Shown: positions 1-9,831, numbered from the stretch's first letter. The stretch is DNA of 64,000 nt from an uncultured bacterium (GCA_963726455.1 CAVSCK010000003.1:480001-544000); one strand, 5' to 3'. Notes: generated by a model from the sequence alone, not told the origin. A program made the numbers and translations.

Positions 1-1064
1 TAGACGAAGCGCAGGTGATACACAACCGAGGTCAGGTCAGTGCCGTCAGGGTATATTCGTTTGAAATGATACTTGTGCCACATCGGGCATTCAGGGGCCT
101 TGTGGACAGTATCTACACGGGCAGGACAATCGATCACAGGGATATTCTCTTTGTCGAAAAAGAATAATTCGACGCGGCGATTAACCTGTGAACGGTAATT
201 GCTCTTCTCGGCATCGTCGATCGGAAATGATTCTCCGCAGGAGAGATATTTCTTCATATCGTCACAATATTTCAGACGAGAGCGATACTCAGAAGTTAAC
301 AATTCGCGACTGACCTGCAGGGCTGCCGCGATGTCGTCGTTATAGATGTCATAGACGGCGAGCCACATTTCCATCGGCCACTTGTGCGCTCCGTCATTCT
401 TGATCTTCGCGTGCGTACCCTCCGGTATCGTGACGCTTTCAGCGGGGGCGAGACCGCTGAGAACCCAATCGTTGTAATGGGAAATGAAGGCCTTGCAGGC
501 ATCGCTGACGTCATTGCTCCATTTGTCATCAAGTTTCACAGGGTCGCAATCGGCCCAGCTTCTGCGGTTCTTTACGTACAAGAGAATCTGCTGATAGTCT
601 TCAATTCGATGCCGCTTCTTGGAGACCTCCGCCCATTTGTCGCGAGTGCCTTCGAGTAGATACATGACATTCTGGGCACGCAGGTCAGACAACTCGAAGT
701 TCATTTTTGCGGCCCCGGAAGTATCGGTATGCCCGGCAATCAGCAGGCGCTTTTCGGGATCGAATTCGAATTGCTTCAGCCCAAGCGCCAGCGCCTGCAA
801 TCCGGAAACCTTGTCCTGGTCTTCCTGCAATTTGGCATCGTCGGGGTCGGTAGCATTTTCCGCGGCGCCGTCACTCGATGATTTTCCCTGCGGGCGTTCG
901 GGCATCATCACGGCGCTGTCAAGATGGAAGAGCACATCCTCCATCTCGAGCATCAGGACTTCGGCCGGATCAAGCTCGAATTCGGGGAACACCGTGGTGT
1001 CGGCGTCCTTGCCCCCAATCATTTCTCGAAAAGTGCAGGGTTTCTTTACGGCAGGTTTGGACAT
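1..1064 (-). CDS. OmpA-like peptidoglycan-binding domain protein with large internal insertion (runs off window start; not in ORF track)
   Basis: Manual translation from ATG at 1064 is open to position 1: MSKPAVKK...VLFHLDSA...LLIAGHTDTSGAAKMNFELSDLRAQNV...SCGESFPID...SQVNRRVELLFF. GHTD, LS.LRA, GES.P and NRRVE are OmpA_C motifs. Starts 8 nt after the PAAR gene stop. Confidence 0.85.
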   Translation of the reverse strand, partial: MSKPAVKKPCTFREMIGGKDADTTVFPEFELDPAEVLMLEMEDVLFHLDSAVMMPERPQGKSSSDGAAENATDPDDAKLQEDQDKVSGLQALALGLKQFEFDPEKRLLIAGHTDTSGAAKMNFELSDLRAQNVMYLLEGTRDKWAEVSKKRHRIEDYQQILLYVKNRRSWADCDPVKLDDKWSNDVSDACKAFISHYNDWVLSGLAPAESVTIPEGTHAKIKNDGAHKWPMEMWLAVYDIYNDDIAAALQVSRELLTSEYRSRLKYCDDMKKYLSCGESFPIDDAEKSNYRSQVNRRVELFFFDKENIPVIDCPARVDTVHKAPECPMWHKYHFKRIYPDGTDLTSVVYHLRFV

Positions 1065-1072
1065 TGTCTCTA

Positions 1073-2149
1073 TCAACTACTTCCGGGAAACTTGTCATCT
1101 CTGACATTGACTGAGATTTTCAGTTTCCCCGGGGCTACATCGGTTACTTTGGCATAGCCACCGCCGTCGAGTTTGCCTTCCTTGACTTCTCCGGACGGCA
1201 AAATCACGCGATATTTCTTGTCGCCGATGGCGTTACCTTCTTTATCCTTGAGCTTGAATTCCAGATCATCCACGTATTCCAGCAGGCCGGAGCGTTGTGT
1301 CAGGGTCGACGTCTTGGCGACAAAGTAGTAGGCCGGCGACGAATAACCACCGCCCTTCAACTTCTTTTCCTGGAGCTTGAGGAAGTCCTGGTCAACGACG
1401 AGTTCCCACTCGCCTTCGATCTTGTCGCCCTTAACGGTAGTTTCTATCTGCTTGAGAACCTGGTCGGGGAAGTTAGTGTCCCGGACGTGCACCTCCAGAA
1501 ATGCCTTTTGCCCTTCGGGAACGCCGGTGGTCTCAGCAGTCATTTGAACCTTCTCCCCTACCTTGGCGGAGTCTTTGGACCACTTGGCGCTGATGATCGC
1601 CCTGATTTCGATGTCGTAATTGCCGGGATCGATGTTGGCTTGCTTGACGCTGCCGGTCAGCGGCGATACACTCTTATTGCTCGATGGCGAGGTCAACTCA
1701 TATTCGGCGCCGGTGATAGGGAATCCGCCATTATCTACAATGGCGACATCCAAAAAATGTCCCTCCGGCTTTTCCATCGCAGCAGTCGCTGCCTCGGCCT
1801 CGGCGCTCTTCTCACCACCTCCGGTTCCGGCTCCTGCACCGGGGCTCATCGCATCCCCAATAAGCACAGTAGGGCAACCCATAGCGATACTGTCGGGCGG
1901 GCCTGCACAAAGCACCGGGTCACCGACTCGCGCGGCAGGCATATTGCCAATCATGACGCTGGCGCTGCCTTTCAGAATCGGGCCACCAACGTGCGGTGGT
2001 GGTGGAACACCCGGATTGAGCAGAGGACAGATATGGTTGTCTCCCATCCGGGCAGCCGGCATACCGCCGATTAGGACCATAGGAAATCCAACCATAATTG
2101 TTCCACCATGAACGGTCGAGTCAAATTGTCTGGCTGCGGGTTGTCCCAT
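1073..2149 (-). CDS. PAAR-repeat protein with C-terminal extension (contractile injection spike-tip type)
   Basis: Three PAAR motifs (PAARQFD, PAARMGD, PAARVGD) with His/Cys metal ligands in the first ~98 aa, a Gly/Ala linker, then ~240 aa of beta-rich sequence. Confidence 0.9.
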   Translation of the reverse strand: MGQPAARQFDSTVHGGTIMVGFPMVLIGGMPAARMGDNHICPLLNPGVPPPPHVGGPILKGSASVMIGNMPAARVGDPVLCAGPPDSIAMGCPTVLIGDAMSPGAGAGTGGGEKSAEAEAATAAMEKPEGHFLDVAIVDNGGFPITGAEYELTSPSSNKSVSPLTGSVKQANIDPGNYDIEIRAIISAKWSKDSAKVGEKVQMTAETTGVPEGQKAFLEVHVRDTNFPDQVLKQIETTVKGDKIEGEWELVVDQDFLKLQEKKLKGGGYSSPAYYFVAKTSTLTQRSGLLEYVDDLEFKLKDKEGNAIGDKKYRVILPSGEVKEGKLDGGGYAKVTDVAPGKLKISVNVRDDKFPGSS

Positions 2150-2331
2150 AAATCAGGCGCTATCTCCCTAATCGGTTTTACGCTGATATAGTCGTGGCTA
2201 CTGCCCTATGGTTCAAGCAAAGAAGCGCTTTCAGTTGACCGACAGAATTTAGCGTAGCAGCAGCGTTCCGTCAACATTCAATTTGAGCTGTACTGGAGGC
2301 ATTGCGCGGAAATCGCTTGATCTGCGCGAGA

Positions 2332-2901
2332 CTAGTTGTGTTCGGAGCTGGCTGTAGCCGCGTTCTTGGTGTTGGAGGATGATTCCTTGAGCGGGAGTCC
2401 ACACACCGGGCAGTACAAGTACTCTTTTTCGACCCATTTGTGGCCGTATTCGCACTGCTTTACCTTATGCTTCTGGTCGATGTAGACGTCGTCCCAGTCG
2501 GCTAGTATGGTGTAGTAGAGAGTGTTGCCCGAAACCCGCAGCGCCAGCGAAATTTCCTCTACCTTACAGATGGTCTCGCCGTCACATTCCAAGTAAATAG
2601 GGATCTTCTGCGTGGAAATCAGTTTCTCGGGACCACCCTTGGCAGGCCGCTCTGATTCACGGGATTCGATTTCGATTGTGGTCTCGCCGGTTCTCCCCAA
2701 AAAGACCAAGCTGCGCAAGGTCGTGACCTTGTCCACCGTCATACCCCATGAGGCAATTGATTGATTCGGTAACGCCGAAGTCGATTGGCCACCCTTGTAG
2801 TAACGGGTAGTCGTGATTTTCATGTCGGCGCGCAAATCTGATGCCAAGGCAAAGGCCAATGCAAGCGATACTATTAGCAGACTTGACGAGATTTTTCTCA
2901 C
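2332..2901 (-). CDS. Hypothetical exported protein with C-terminal zinc-ribbon-like motif
   Basis: N-terminal signal-peptide-like segment; C-terminal CEYGH...CPVCG. Confidence 0.65.
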   Translation of the reverse strand: MRKISSSLLIVSLALAFALASDLRADMKITTTRYYKGGQSTSALPNQSIASWGMTVDKVTTLRSLVFLGRTGETTIEIESRESERPAKGGPEKLISTQKIPIYLECDGETICKVEEISLALRVSGNTLYYTILADWDDVYIDQKHKVKQCEYGHKWVEKEYLYCPVCGLPLKESSSNTKNAATASSEHN

Positions 2902-2996
2902 GCGAATCCTCCGGGAAGCGATGGAAATCGCCCCTGCTGACTATATCGACGCAGACGCACTCAAAACTGAGTGCGGAGTGCACCGGACGGAGGATA

Positions 2997-5045
2997 TTAC
3001 GTCGTTTCAACCCTTTGGCAAAGCAATTTGTGTTCCGTAACCGGGCTAATTCCGACCACAAAACGGTGGACAATTCTGATTTCCGTCTTGCCGCGATAGC
3101 GATCATCCAATCTCCGGACGAATTCCTGGGCTACGCGGTCTCGTTCACCGGGTTGGAGCGAGTGATAAAAGGTCGTGCCGGCGCCGGATTTCATGACATG
3201 GTCATATACTTCCTGTCCGGAGTGTGCCAGGAAATCGAATGTCCCTTCGTTCAGCCAGTCGATGTCAAATCCGAAGTTCCGCAAATGCTCTTCAGTTTCT
3301 TTCGCGTCTAAAGGGAATTTCATCCGAACAGCCTTAGTCAGGATATCGGGCTCTTCTCGCACGATTTCCTCGAACAGTTCCAGTGGGACCTCGGGCGAGC
3401 GATCCAGGTGCGCGACGAAGGCGATAACGCCTCCGGGCTTCAGGATTCTTTTCAGCAGCGGGAAGATTTCCTCGCAGCCGACATAGCCGATAAGCCAGGT
3501 CATGGTGGCAACATCAACCGATTGCGCCGGCAGCTTACGCAATTCCACTAATACGTCACCGATGCGAAATTCGACGTTCCCCAAACCAAGCGTTCCGAGC
3601 CGTTGTCTTGCTTTTTCCACCATACCTTCGGTGAGATCAATGGCGATGACTTTGCCTGATGTCCCGACCATCCCCGCCAGCTTGGCAGTTGAGTATCCGG
3701 TGCCACAACCGCAGTCGACTGCGACCGAACGGGGTTTGATTTGGAGTTTCGCAAACATGTAGTCGATAGGCGCTGATGCTACCGACAACCAATAGTCTTC
3801 GTAGGTCTGGCTGGCGGAATTGTATCCTTTGACAATTTCGGCGTTGCCTGCGAGCTCGGAATTCTGTCCTTCCAGAATTCTGAAGAATCGCGGCGGCTCC
3901 TCCTCGGGAAGCGGCATTGGCGGCACCGTTTCCACACGGGCGGGTCGACAATGTTTGGAGCATTCGGAGAAATATCCACGTAACTGGTGGGCAAGACAGA
4001 TACTGTATGGATGCGTGATGTCGGCCTGCATGCGAGACATGATTACTCCCAAGTCCTCTTCAAGCACATTGCCGTAGGATATCGGCATCATGTTGCAGGG
4101 AGACACCTCTCCGCTGCCGTCAACGTAGATGTGTGAGTGCCCGGCGCCACAACCAAAGAACTCGGGAGACTCCATGTGCGCAAATGACGAGATGGGTGCG
4201 CTCTTCTCCTGTACATTGTATTCGGCCATGAGTTGAAACACGCGGGCGAATTCCAGTTCACCAAAGCCGATATCGCTGTTGATAATCCTACCGGCAGGCG
4301 CAGGTTCGATCAATTGGAGTTCATCGACGCCTAGACTTGTATTCAGCTCCACCAGTTTTCGGAAGTTGTCCCCTTCGAGAAGTCTTCTGGTCGGCACTGC
4401 GCATGTATAAGTGTAGAAGCCGTGCTTCTTCGCAAGCTCGATAGCTTTGAGAGCAATCTTGAACGCACCGAGACGTCCGCGGCGAGTGTCGTGTTCGCCT
4501 TCGTCGGCGGAATCGAGACTGATTGAGACAGAGTAGACGCGAGTTTCGCGCAACCGACACGCCAATTCGTCGTTGAATCCATAACCGGTAGTAGCCAAGA
4601 CGCCGCAGGAGTCTTCGCGTAAGCACGAGACTATTTCCACCAGGTCATTGCGCAAGCATGGTTCGCCGCCCGTGAAGTTGACGACGATTGCTCCCAATTC
4701 CTGCAGGCGCGTAACGACCTTCTGGAGTGCATCGGTTGACAGGTCGGACACGACCCGTCCGGCGTTGTAGCAGTGCCAGCAGTTGAAGATGCAGGCGTTG
4801 GTTAGCGCCAGGTCGACTGATTGTATCGGAGTTCTCTTGTCCGCGCCGAAGTAGGTCGCCATGAAACGGTCGAAGGGTTTGCCGGGAAAAGGCGGAATGA
4901 AGGTGCTGATAACATATTGATTGCCATATTCGCGCACGCGCTCGATTTCCAGAAAATCACGGAGGTACTGGTACAGCGACGGCGTGAAGAGGCGCATATC
5001 AACGCCCTTCATGAACTCATTCAAGAAATGCTCGTTGTTCGTCAT
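2997..5045 (-). CDS. Radical SAM (SPASM/twitch) - class I SAM methyltransferase fusion
   Basis: CxxxCxxC (CIFNCWHC), FTGGEP, twitch-like GCGAG..HIYVDGSGEVSPC, and a C-terminal UbiE-like MTase with DCGCGTG. Confidence 0.92.
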   Translation of the reverse strand: MTNNEHFLNEFMKGVDMRLFTPSLYQYLRDFLEIERVREYGNQYVISTFIPPFPGKPFDRFMATYFGADKRTPIQSVDLALTNACIFNCWHCYNAGRVVSDLSTDALQKVVTRLQELGAIVVNFTGGEPCLRNDLVEIVSCLREDSCGVLATTGYGFNDELACRLRETRVYSVSISLDSADEGEHDTRRGRLGAFKIALKAIELAKKHGFYTYTCAVPTRRLLEGDNFRKLVELNTSLGVDELQLIEPAPAGRIINSDIGFGELEFARVFQLMAEYNVQEKSAPISSFAHMESPEFFGCGAGHSHIYVDGSGEVSPCNMMPISYGNVLEEDLGVIMSRMQADITHPYSICLAHQLRGYFSECSKHCRPARVETVPPMPLPEEEPPRFFRILEGQNSELAGNAEIVKGYNSASQTYEDYWLSVASAPIDYMFAKLQIKPRSVAVDCGCGTGYSTAKLAGMVGTSGKVIAIDLTEGMVEKARQRLGTLGLGNVEFRIGDVLVELRKLPAQSVDVATMTWLIGYVGCEEIFPLLKRILKPGGVIAFVAHLDRSPEVPLELFEEIVREEPDILTKAVRMKFPLDAKETEEHLRNFGFDIDWLNEGTFDFLAHSGQEVYDHVMKSGAGTTFYHSLQPGERDRVAQEFVRRLDDRYRGKTEIRIVHRFVVGISPVTEHKLLCQRVETT

Positions 5046-5052
5046 ATTCTTT

Positions 5053-5319
5053 TCATTCTTTCTGAACCGAATGGTTCTCCAATGGATGTTGCCCGATCAA
5101 CCAAACCCCAGCTTTCAGAACTTGAGCGAGAGAGAGCATTCTGACAAAGATGCGCCGGGCACGGCCAAGGGCGCACAAAATGCAGCCACCTGCGATAGCT
5201 GCCCACGCAAAGAGCGTCGTCGTAAGTATCATCAGGAGACAATCGATCAAGGCGTTACCGATAGCGGTCAATTCCTTCTCGATCAAGTCGCCGCCGAGTT
5301 CAATGATTCCGTAATTCAC
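5053..5319 (-). CDS. Small hydrophobic hypothetical protein within the lipid operon
   Basis: GTG start overlaps the upstream TGA (GTGA at 5316-5319); one hydrophobic stretch; ends 7 nt before the radical SAM start. Confidence 0.5.
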   Translation of the reverse strand: MNYGIIELGGDLIEKELTAIGNALIDCLLMILTTTLFAWAAIAGGCILCALGRARRIFVRMLSLAQVLKAGVWLIGQHPLENHSVQKE

Positions 5320-6215
5320 AGTCTGGCTCCTTCCGGCAGTTTCAGCAGCGGCGTTGAAGATCGCGACCTCACCTCCGCCGTCGCGAAGAAGTAGCTGTCT
5401 TCGATGTGATCCGTGCCGCTGTAGAGAATGTTGGCCTCGCGCATGCTGACGATTTTGATGTCTCCATAGCCAACGCTGGATAGAATGGATTTCATGCGAT
5501 CCGGGCGGCTCGAAAATGTCAACGGCTCGTTAATCGAATTGCAGAGTTCGATCAATTGACGATTGCCCTGATAGTCGGTCTCATTGTCGGTTAGTTCCGG
5601 CGGAACGAAGTCGAAGGTGATGCGATTATTCGGGCCCAGTTCGGCAAGACGGCCAAGAGTCTCGGCCACGATATTCTCATTCAGGAAGAGTGTGACGCCT
5701 TCCCAGATAGAAAGCGTGCGCTTGTGCCTTGCGAATCCGGCGGCTAGGAGCTTGTCGTTAACAGAGTCCTTCGAGAAATCGGTGGCGACATACGTCACAT
5801 TAGCCGGCAGCCGGCCAAACAGGCGGCGGGTGAGCGCTTTCTTTATTTGCTGTGTCGATTCCAGATCTAGTTCAAAGACCTGGGCACGGCGAAATTCCGG
5901 CATGCGGAAGTAGCGGCTGTCGTACCCGGCTCCGAGAAGAACGATCTGCTCGAAACCTTCGTTGAGGCAGTCGCGGGCGAAGTCGTCCATAAAGCGCGCC
6001 CGCAGAACAATGGCTTTGCGAACGGAAGGGTTAATCACTTGCATCATGCCGACCATCTTCATCCCTTCCTGACCGGCGTAGTACGGCGCGAGTGGATCGG
6101 CGATTACGCGTTTCTCTGCGGGCAACGAACACTCAAACGCCTTCGCTCCCGCCGACCAGCGCGCAAAGAGAAACCCGCATGGTTTCTCAACTGTTTTGCT
6201 GTATACCTGCTGCAT
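5316..6215 (-). CDS. SAM-dependent methyltransferase, LCM/TIGR00027-type (carboxyl O-methyltransferase-like)
   Basis: DPLA..., RARFMDD, QIVLLGAGYDSR, VFELD and WEGVTLFL motifs; start moved to ATG 6215 (MQQVY) behind a GGAGAGAGG RBS. Confidence 0.88.
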   Translation of the reverse strand: MQQVYSKTVEKPCGFLFARWSAGAKAFECSLPAEKRVIADPLAPYYAGQEGMKMVGMMQVINPSVRKAIVLRARFMDDFARDCLNEGFEQIVLLGAGYDSRYFRMPEFRRAQVFELDLESTQQIKKALTRRLFGRLPANVTYVATDFSKDSVNDKLLAAGFARHKRTLSIWEGVTLFLNENIVAETLGRLAELGPNNRITFDFVPPELTDNETDYQGNRQLIELCNSINEPLTFSSRPDRMKSILSSVGYGDIKIVSMREANILYSGTDHIEDSYFFATAEVRSRSSTPLLKLPEGARL

Positions 6216-6234
6216 GGCTTGTACCTCTCTCCCT

Positions 6235-6948
6235 TTAGTATTTCCTGTCAAAGACCGGTTTGAGTACGCCGATGCCAAGGAGCACCGGGTTGACAAATAG
6301 CTGCACGCAGATAGCGAGCAGCAACACCCAGTAGATGATGGCTGGCGCCTGATCGAGCATGACGAACACCGGTATGAAGAAGATCGTCGTCAGGTAATTG
6401 ATGATGCTCTTGTAACCCGGTTTCCAGTGCGTGGTGACGAGGCAATTGATGGGGTAGTGCACGGGCGAAACGGTGAGCACGATCAGAGTGGCTACGTAAA
6501 TCGTCGGATATATCGGCGGCAACTGCAGGAAGTAGAAAGCGAAGACGGAGAAGAACACCGGCGGTGCACCGACAGAATAGCCGTTTGCCAGAAAGCTTTC
6601 TTTGCGCGAATACTTCGAGGATGCCGCCATCGCAGCGCCAACCACCAACCAGACTCCGACGCCCTCAACGAACAGGCCGGTCTTCCAGAACAACATCATC
6701 GGCACGAAAGTCAGTCCGACGAGATCAGTGATAATATCCAGTACTTCGCCGGAGGTACCCGGAAATTTGTCTTTGATTTTGAACTTGCGCGCAAGAGTGC
6801 CATCGAGACGGTCGACTAACAGGACCAACAGACTAAAACGCGCCGCAGCGTCGTAGCTGCCATCAAGCACCGCCATCATGGCCAGCGCGGCAAAGCCAAG
6901 TCCAACCAAGGTCAGGATATGCGGTCCGTAATAGAGATACTTCTTCAT
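6235..6948 (-). CDS. CDP-alcohol phosphatidyltransferase family (Pcs/PssA-like)
   Basis: D(R)LDGTLARK...GEVLDIITD signature; multiple TM helices; SPVHYP resembles the phosphatidylcholine synthase C-terminus. Confidence 0.88.
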   Translation of the reverse strand: MKKYLYYGPHILTLVGLGFAALAMMAVLDGSYDAAARFSLLVLLVDRLDGTLARKFKIKDKFPGTSGEVLDIITDLVGLTFVPMMLFWKTGLFVEGVGVWLVVGAAMAASSKYSRKESFLANGYSVGAPPVFFSVFAFYFLQLPPIYPTIYVATLIVLTVSPVHYPINCLVTTHWKPGYKSIINYLTTIFFIPVFVMLDQAPAIIYWVLLLAICVQLFVNPVLLGIGVLKPVFDRKY

Positions 6949-6961
6949 GACGACTTTCCTT

Positions 6962-7702
6962 TCATATTCCCATCAAGCGCCCCAGCCAGTAGGCCACCGG
7001 GGCGGAGACGATCAGACTGTCGAAGCGGTCAAAGATTCCACCATGACCCGGCAAAAGTCCGGAGAAATCTTTGATTCCAAGTTTGCGTTTTATCAGTGAG
7101 AAGAGCAGGTCACCGACCGTGGCGGCAGAGGCGATGGCGAAACCCATGATAGCGGCTTGGGTCTCAGTCAGGTTGGAGATTTGGGGCGCCATCGCCAAGG
7201 CGCCGACCACAGCTGTCCCCGCTCCGCATAACATTCCTTCCCAGGTTTTTCCGGGGCTTAGTCGGGGGCAAAGTTTATGGGTGCCGAGCAATCGGCCCCA
7301 GAGTTGTGCAAAACTGTCTGTCATCGAGACAAGCAGGAAGACGAGAGCGAAATCAGGGAACCATTGATCGCTGGTTCCAATCAACAGATGGGAAAGCAAG
7401 ACTACCACGAGAGCACCAAATAGAATACTCGCCGTGGTTGCGATGAAAGTTCGGCGGTTTAGTACGCGGATCATCTCGATGGTGCCTATCACTGCAATGG
7501 TCAGGAGCACGGCGGCCAGTAAACCGCGCCCGATCCATGCGAAAGTGAGAACACCGACGATGATCGCCGCATAAACGCAATATTTTGTCCAGTCCTCACA
7601 GCGACGAAATCCCGTCACCGATTGAATTCGGTGCGTCAGTGTCATCAGGGAGGCGCCGACGGCGAACAAGCCGGTGACCATGAAGACAAGAGCGGTGTTC
7701 AT
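6962..7702 (-). CDS. Phosphatidate cytidylyltransferase family (CdsA-like)
   Basis: DSFAQLWG...KLCPRLSPGKTWEG and GDLLFSLIKRKLGIKDFSGLLPGHGGIFDRFDS signatures. Confidence 0.92.
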   Translation of the reverse strand: MNTALVFMVTGLFAVGASLMTLTHRIQSVTGFRRCEDWTKYCVYAAIIVGVLTFAWIGRGLLAAVLLTIAVIGTIEMIRVLNRRTFIATTASILFGALVVVLLSHLLIGTSDQWFPDFALVFLLVSMTDSFAQLWGRLLGTHKLCPRLSPGKTWEGMLCGAGTAVVGALAMAPQISNLTETQAAIMGFAIASAATVGDLLFSLIKRKLGIKDFSGLLPGHGGIFDRFDSLIVSAPVAYWLGRLMGI

Positions 7703-8631
7703 TGTGCCCTCCCGAAGGACGCCGGCACAATCAGATTGACGGCCGAGGGGAGGACGCGAAATTCGAATGCATAACCGCGCTCATGAACTTGACCGTCCCC
7801 GAATAGCAGCATGGGTTCGGATGACCGGATACTTAAGGATGATTCGCGCAGGCGAACGACGTTTCCGGAGCAGTTATTGGCACCGGTGACTGTAGATAAC
7901 ACAGATTGCAGCAGTGAGTGACGATCATGGTTGTCGGTAATGGCGAACAGGTCGAGGTGGCCATCGCAATTGGAGGCCGCGGGCGCGACTTGGAATCTGC
8001 CTCCCAGAAACGGCTGGTTGGCGATGATGACCGAATATGCTTCGCCTTTCCAATCAGATTGATTCCCGTGAAGAGTCAAAGGAATCCCACGACGGGTACT
8101 GCGGCGATAGATAAGCGCCAAGGCCAACAGATAGAGCTTACTGCCAAATACGCGAGCTACCAGTTCTCCGGCTACGCCGGCTTTCCGGATTGATTCGGCT
8201 TCCTCGACAGCACAACACGGCAGGCCGAATCCGGCGACAGTGAGAAAACACCAGCCGTTGACGCTAATGGCGTCGACGCGCCGAATGTGGCGCCTTCCTA
8301 TCACTTGACACGCAGATCGCAGGTCGGTCGGAATATCATGATAGTTTGCCAGGTCATTCGCGGTGCCGGTCGGGATCAAGCCGACTGCGACGTCATGCCC
8401 GATGCAGCCGTTAACTACTTCGTTGATCGTACCGTCACCGCCGACCGCGACAATGGTGTCGCAGGCGTGCATACAAGCATCACGAGCCAACTCTGTTGCG
8501 TGGCCCGGAAAATCAGTCCAGGTGATGGCTCGCTGCTCAAGTGCGAGTAACTGGCGAAGCCGTTCGGTGAAACGCCGGGGTCGCCCTTTGCACGTCCGTG
8601 GATTTATGATGACCTGAGTTTGCATATTCAT
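7699..8631 (-). CDS. Diacylglycerol/lipid kinase family (YegS/DgkB-like)
   Basis: IINP, AVGGDGTINEVVNG, IPTGTANDLA and N.PFLGG...AP.AS..DG.LD motifs. Confidence 0.92.
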   Translation of the reverse strand: MNMQTQVIINPRTCKGRPRRFTERLRQLLALEQRAITWTDFPGHATELARDACMHACDTIVAVGGDGTINEVVNGCIGHDVAVGLIPTGTANDLANYHDIPTDLRSACQVIGRRHIRRVDAISVNGWCFLTVAGFGLPCCAVEEAESIRKAGVAGELVARVFGSKLYLLALALIYRRSTRRGIPLTLHGNQSDWKGEAYSVIIANQPFLGGRFQVAPAASNCDGHLDLFAITDNHDRHSLLQSVLSTVTGANNCSGNVVRLRESSLSIRSSEPMLLFGDGQVHERGYAFEFRVLPSAVNLIVPASFGRAQ

Positions 8632-8646
8632 TCTCTCGCGGCGTTG

Positions 8647-9768
8647 TCAGGCAGCGTGCGGCACTGCCTTTCCCCAATCGACGGCGAAGCAGTAGTCAAG
8701 CAAGGTGTCGAAGTAGCTCGAAAACTGCGGCAGACTGATTCCACTTCCACTTAGCGCCTCAAGCGTGTTGGCATCGTCGAAGCGGCGGACGACTTTCAGA
8801 TAGGGTTCAAACACGGACATCAATTGCAGAGTGCGAGAGTTGGGAGGTTGGATGTTGTCTTGAGCGTTACCGAAAGCCGGAAGATGAAGCTTATCCGCAG
8901 TTGCGTGTTTCCGCAAATAGCCCAGGAAATGGCCGACGATGTTGCCGACTGCGGGAGCGCCATCGGCCCCTGAGACGAGGTGATATATCTTGCCATTCGA
9001 GTCCGTATGCAAGAATATGTGGGTAATTGCCCGAGCGACATATTCGAGCGGGACTACGTCAAGCGGAGTGGCGGGATTGCAGGTTAAAGACTTAAGAACT
9101 CCCCGATAGATCAGCCGCAGCGGCGAATAGAGCACGTTGAAAGACAATGTCCGGCCTGTCTGCGAATCACCGACTACAATGCTGGGACGGAAGATCGTGA
9201 TCGGCAGTTCTGGCATCAGCGAACGAACATGTTGCTCGGCCTCAAACTTGGTGGCTTCGTAGCTATTGGAAAAGCGGCAGGGCTGTGCCGGTTCATCTTC
9301 ATAGATGTGACCCTCACGATCGCCGCAGACATAAGCAGTACTGATATGCGCAACTTTTTCCAGCCGACCAATCCTGGACGCCTGCTGTGCGAGTTCCATG
9401 ACGTTGCGGGTACCGAAACAGTTGATCTGGCGGGCACATTCCAAAGGCAAAGTGAATTGAACGGCTGCCGCTGAGTGGATAATGTGCGTGACAGTCGAGG
9501 CGAGATCCTGCCAATCGGCGTCGGACAACCCAAGCATTGGCTGAGCGATATCACCACAGACAACCCGGACACGATCTTCGAATTGGGCCAAGTCGAGTTC
9601 CCGGTCGAGAACCTGGACGGCCTGTTGCAGCCGTTCTTTCGCGGCCGATTTCGAACTTCCTCTGACAAGCGCAACGATTTCGGTCTCTGGCTCGTTGGCC
9701 AGAATCGTCAGAAGAATCTTTCCACCGATGTTCCCGGTGGCGCCGGTTATTAGTATCTTTGCTGACAT
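8647..9768 (-). CDS. Extended SDR, fatty acyl-CoA/thioester reductase (male-sterility, NAD_binding_4 type)
   Basis: ILITGATGNIG, GDIAQPMLGL, IIHSAAAVQF, HISTAYV, NSYEATKFEAE (YxxxK) and RPSIVVG. Confidence 0.88.
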   Translation of the reverse strand: MSAKILITGATGNIGGKILLTILANEPETEIVALVRGSSKSAAKERLQQAVQVLDRELDLAQFEDRVRVVCGDIAQPMLGLSDADWQDLASTVTHIIHSAAAVQFTLPLECARQINCFGTRNVMELAQQASRIGRLEKVAHISTAYVCGDREGHIYEDEPAQPCRFSNSYEATKFEAEQHVRSLMPELPITIFRPSIVVGDSQTGRTLSFNVLYSPLRLIYRGVLKSLTCNPATPLDVVPLEYVARAITHIFLHTDSNGKIYHLVSGADGAPAVGNIVGHFLGYLRKHATADKLHLPAFGNAQDNIQPPNSRTLQLMSVFEPYLKVVRRFDDANTLEALSGSGISLPQFSSYFDTLLDYCFAVDWGKAVPHAA

Positions 9769-9815
9769 TGTCCTACCTCGTGAATCGCTACTGGTTTCAT
9801 AACGACCAGCGTTAA

Positions 9816-9831
9816 AGCAATCCCAATGCCA
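9816..9831 (-). promoter_or_regulatory. sigma54 (-24/-12) promoter of the lipid operon
   Basis: Minus strand reads TGGCAT-TGGGA-TTGCT, matching TGGCAC-N5-TTGCW, 48 nt upstream of the 9768 start. Confidence 0.75.

Noticed and set aside
1295-2074. 259 aa plus-strand ORF
   Set aside because: Antisense to the well-supported PAAR gene.
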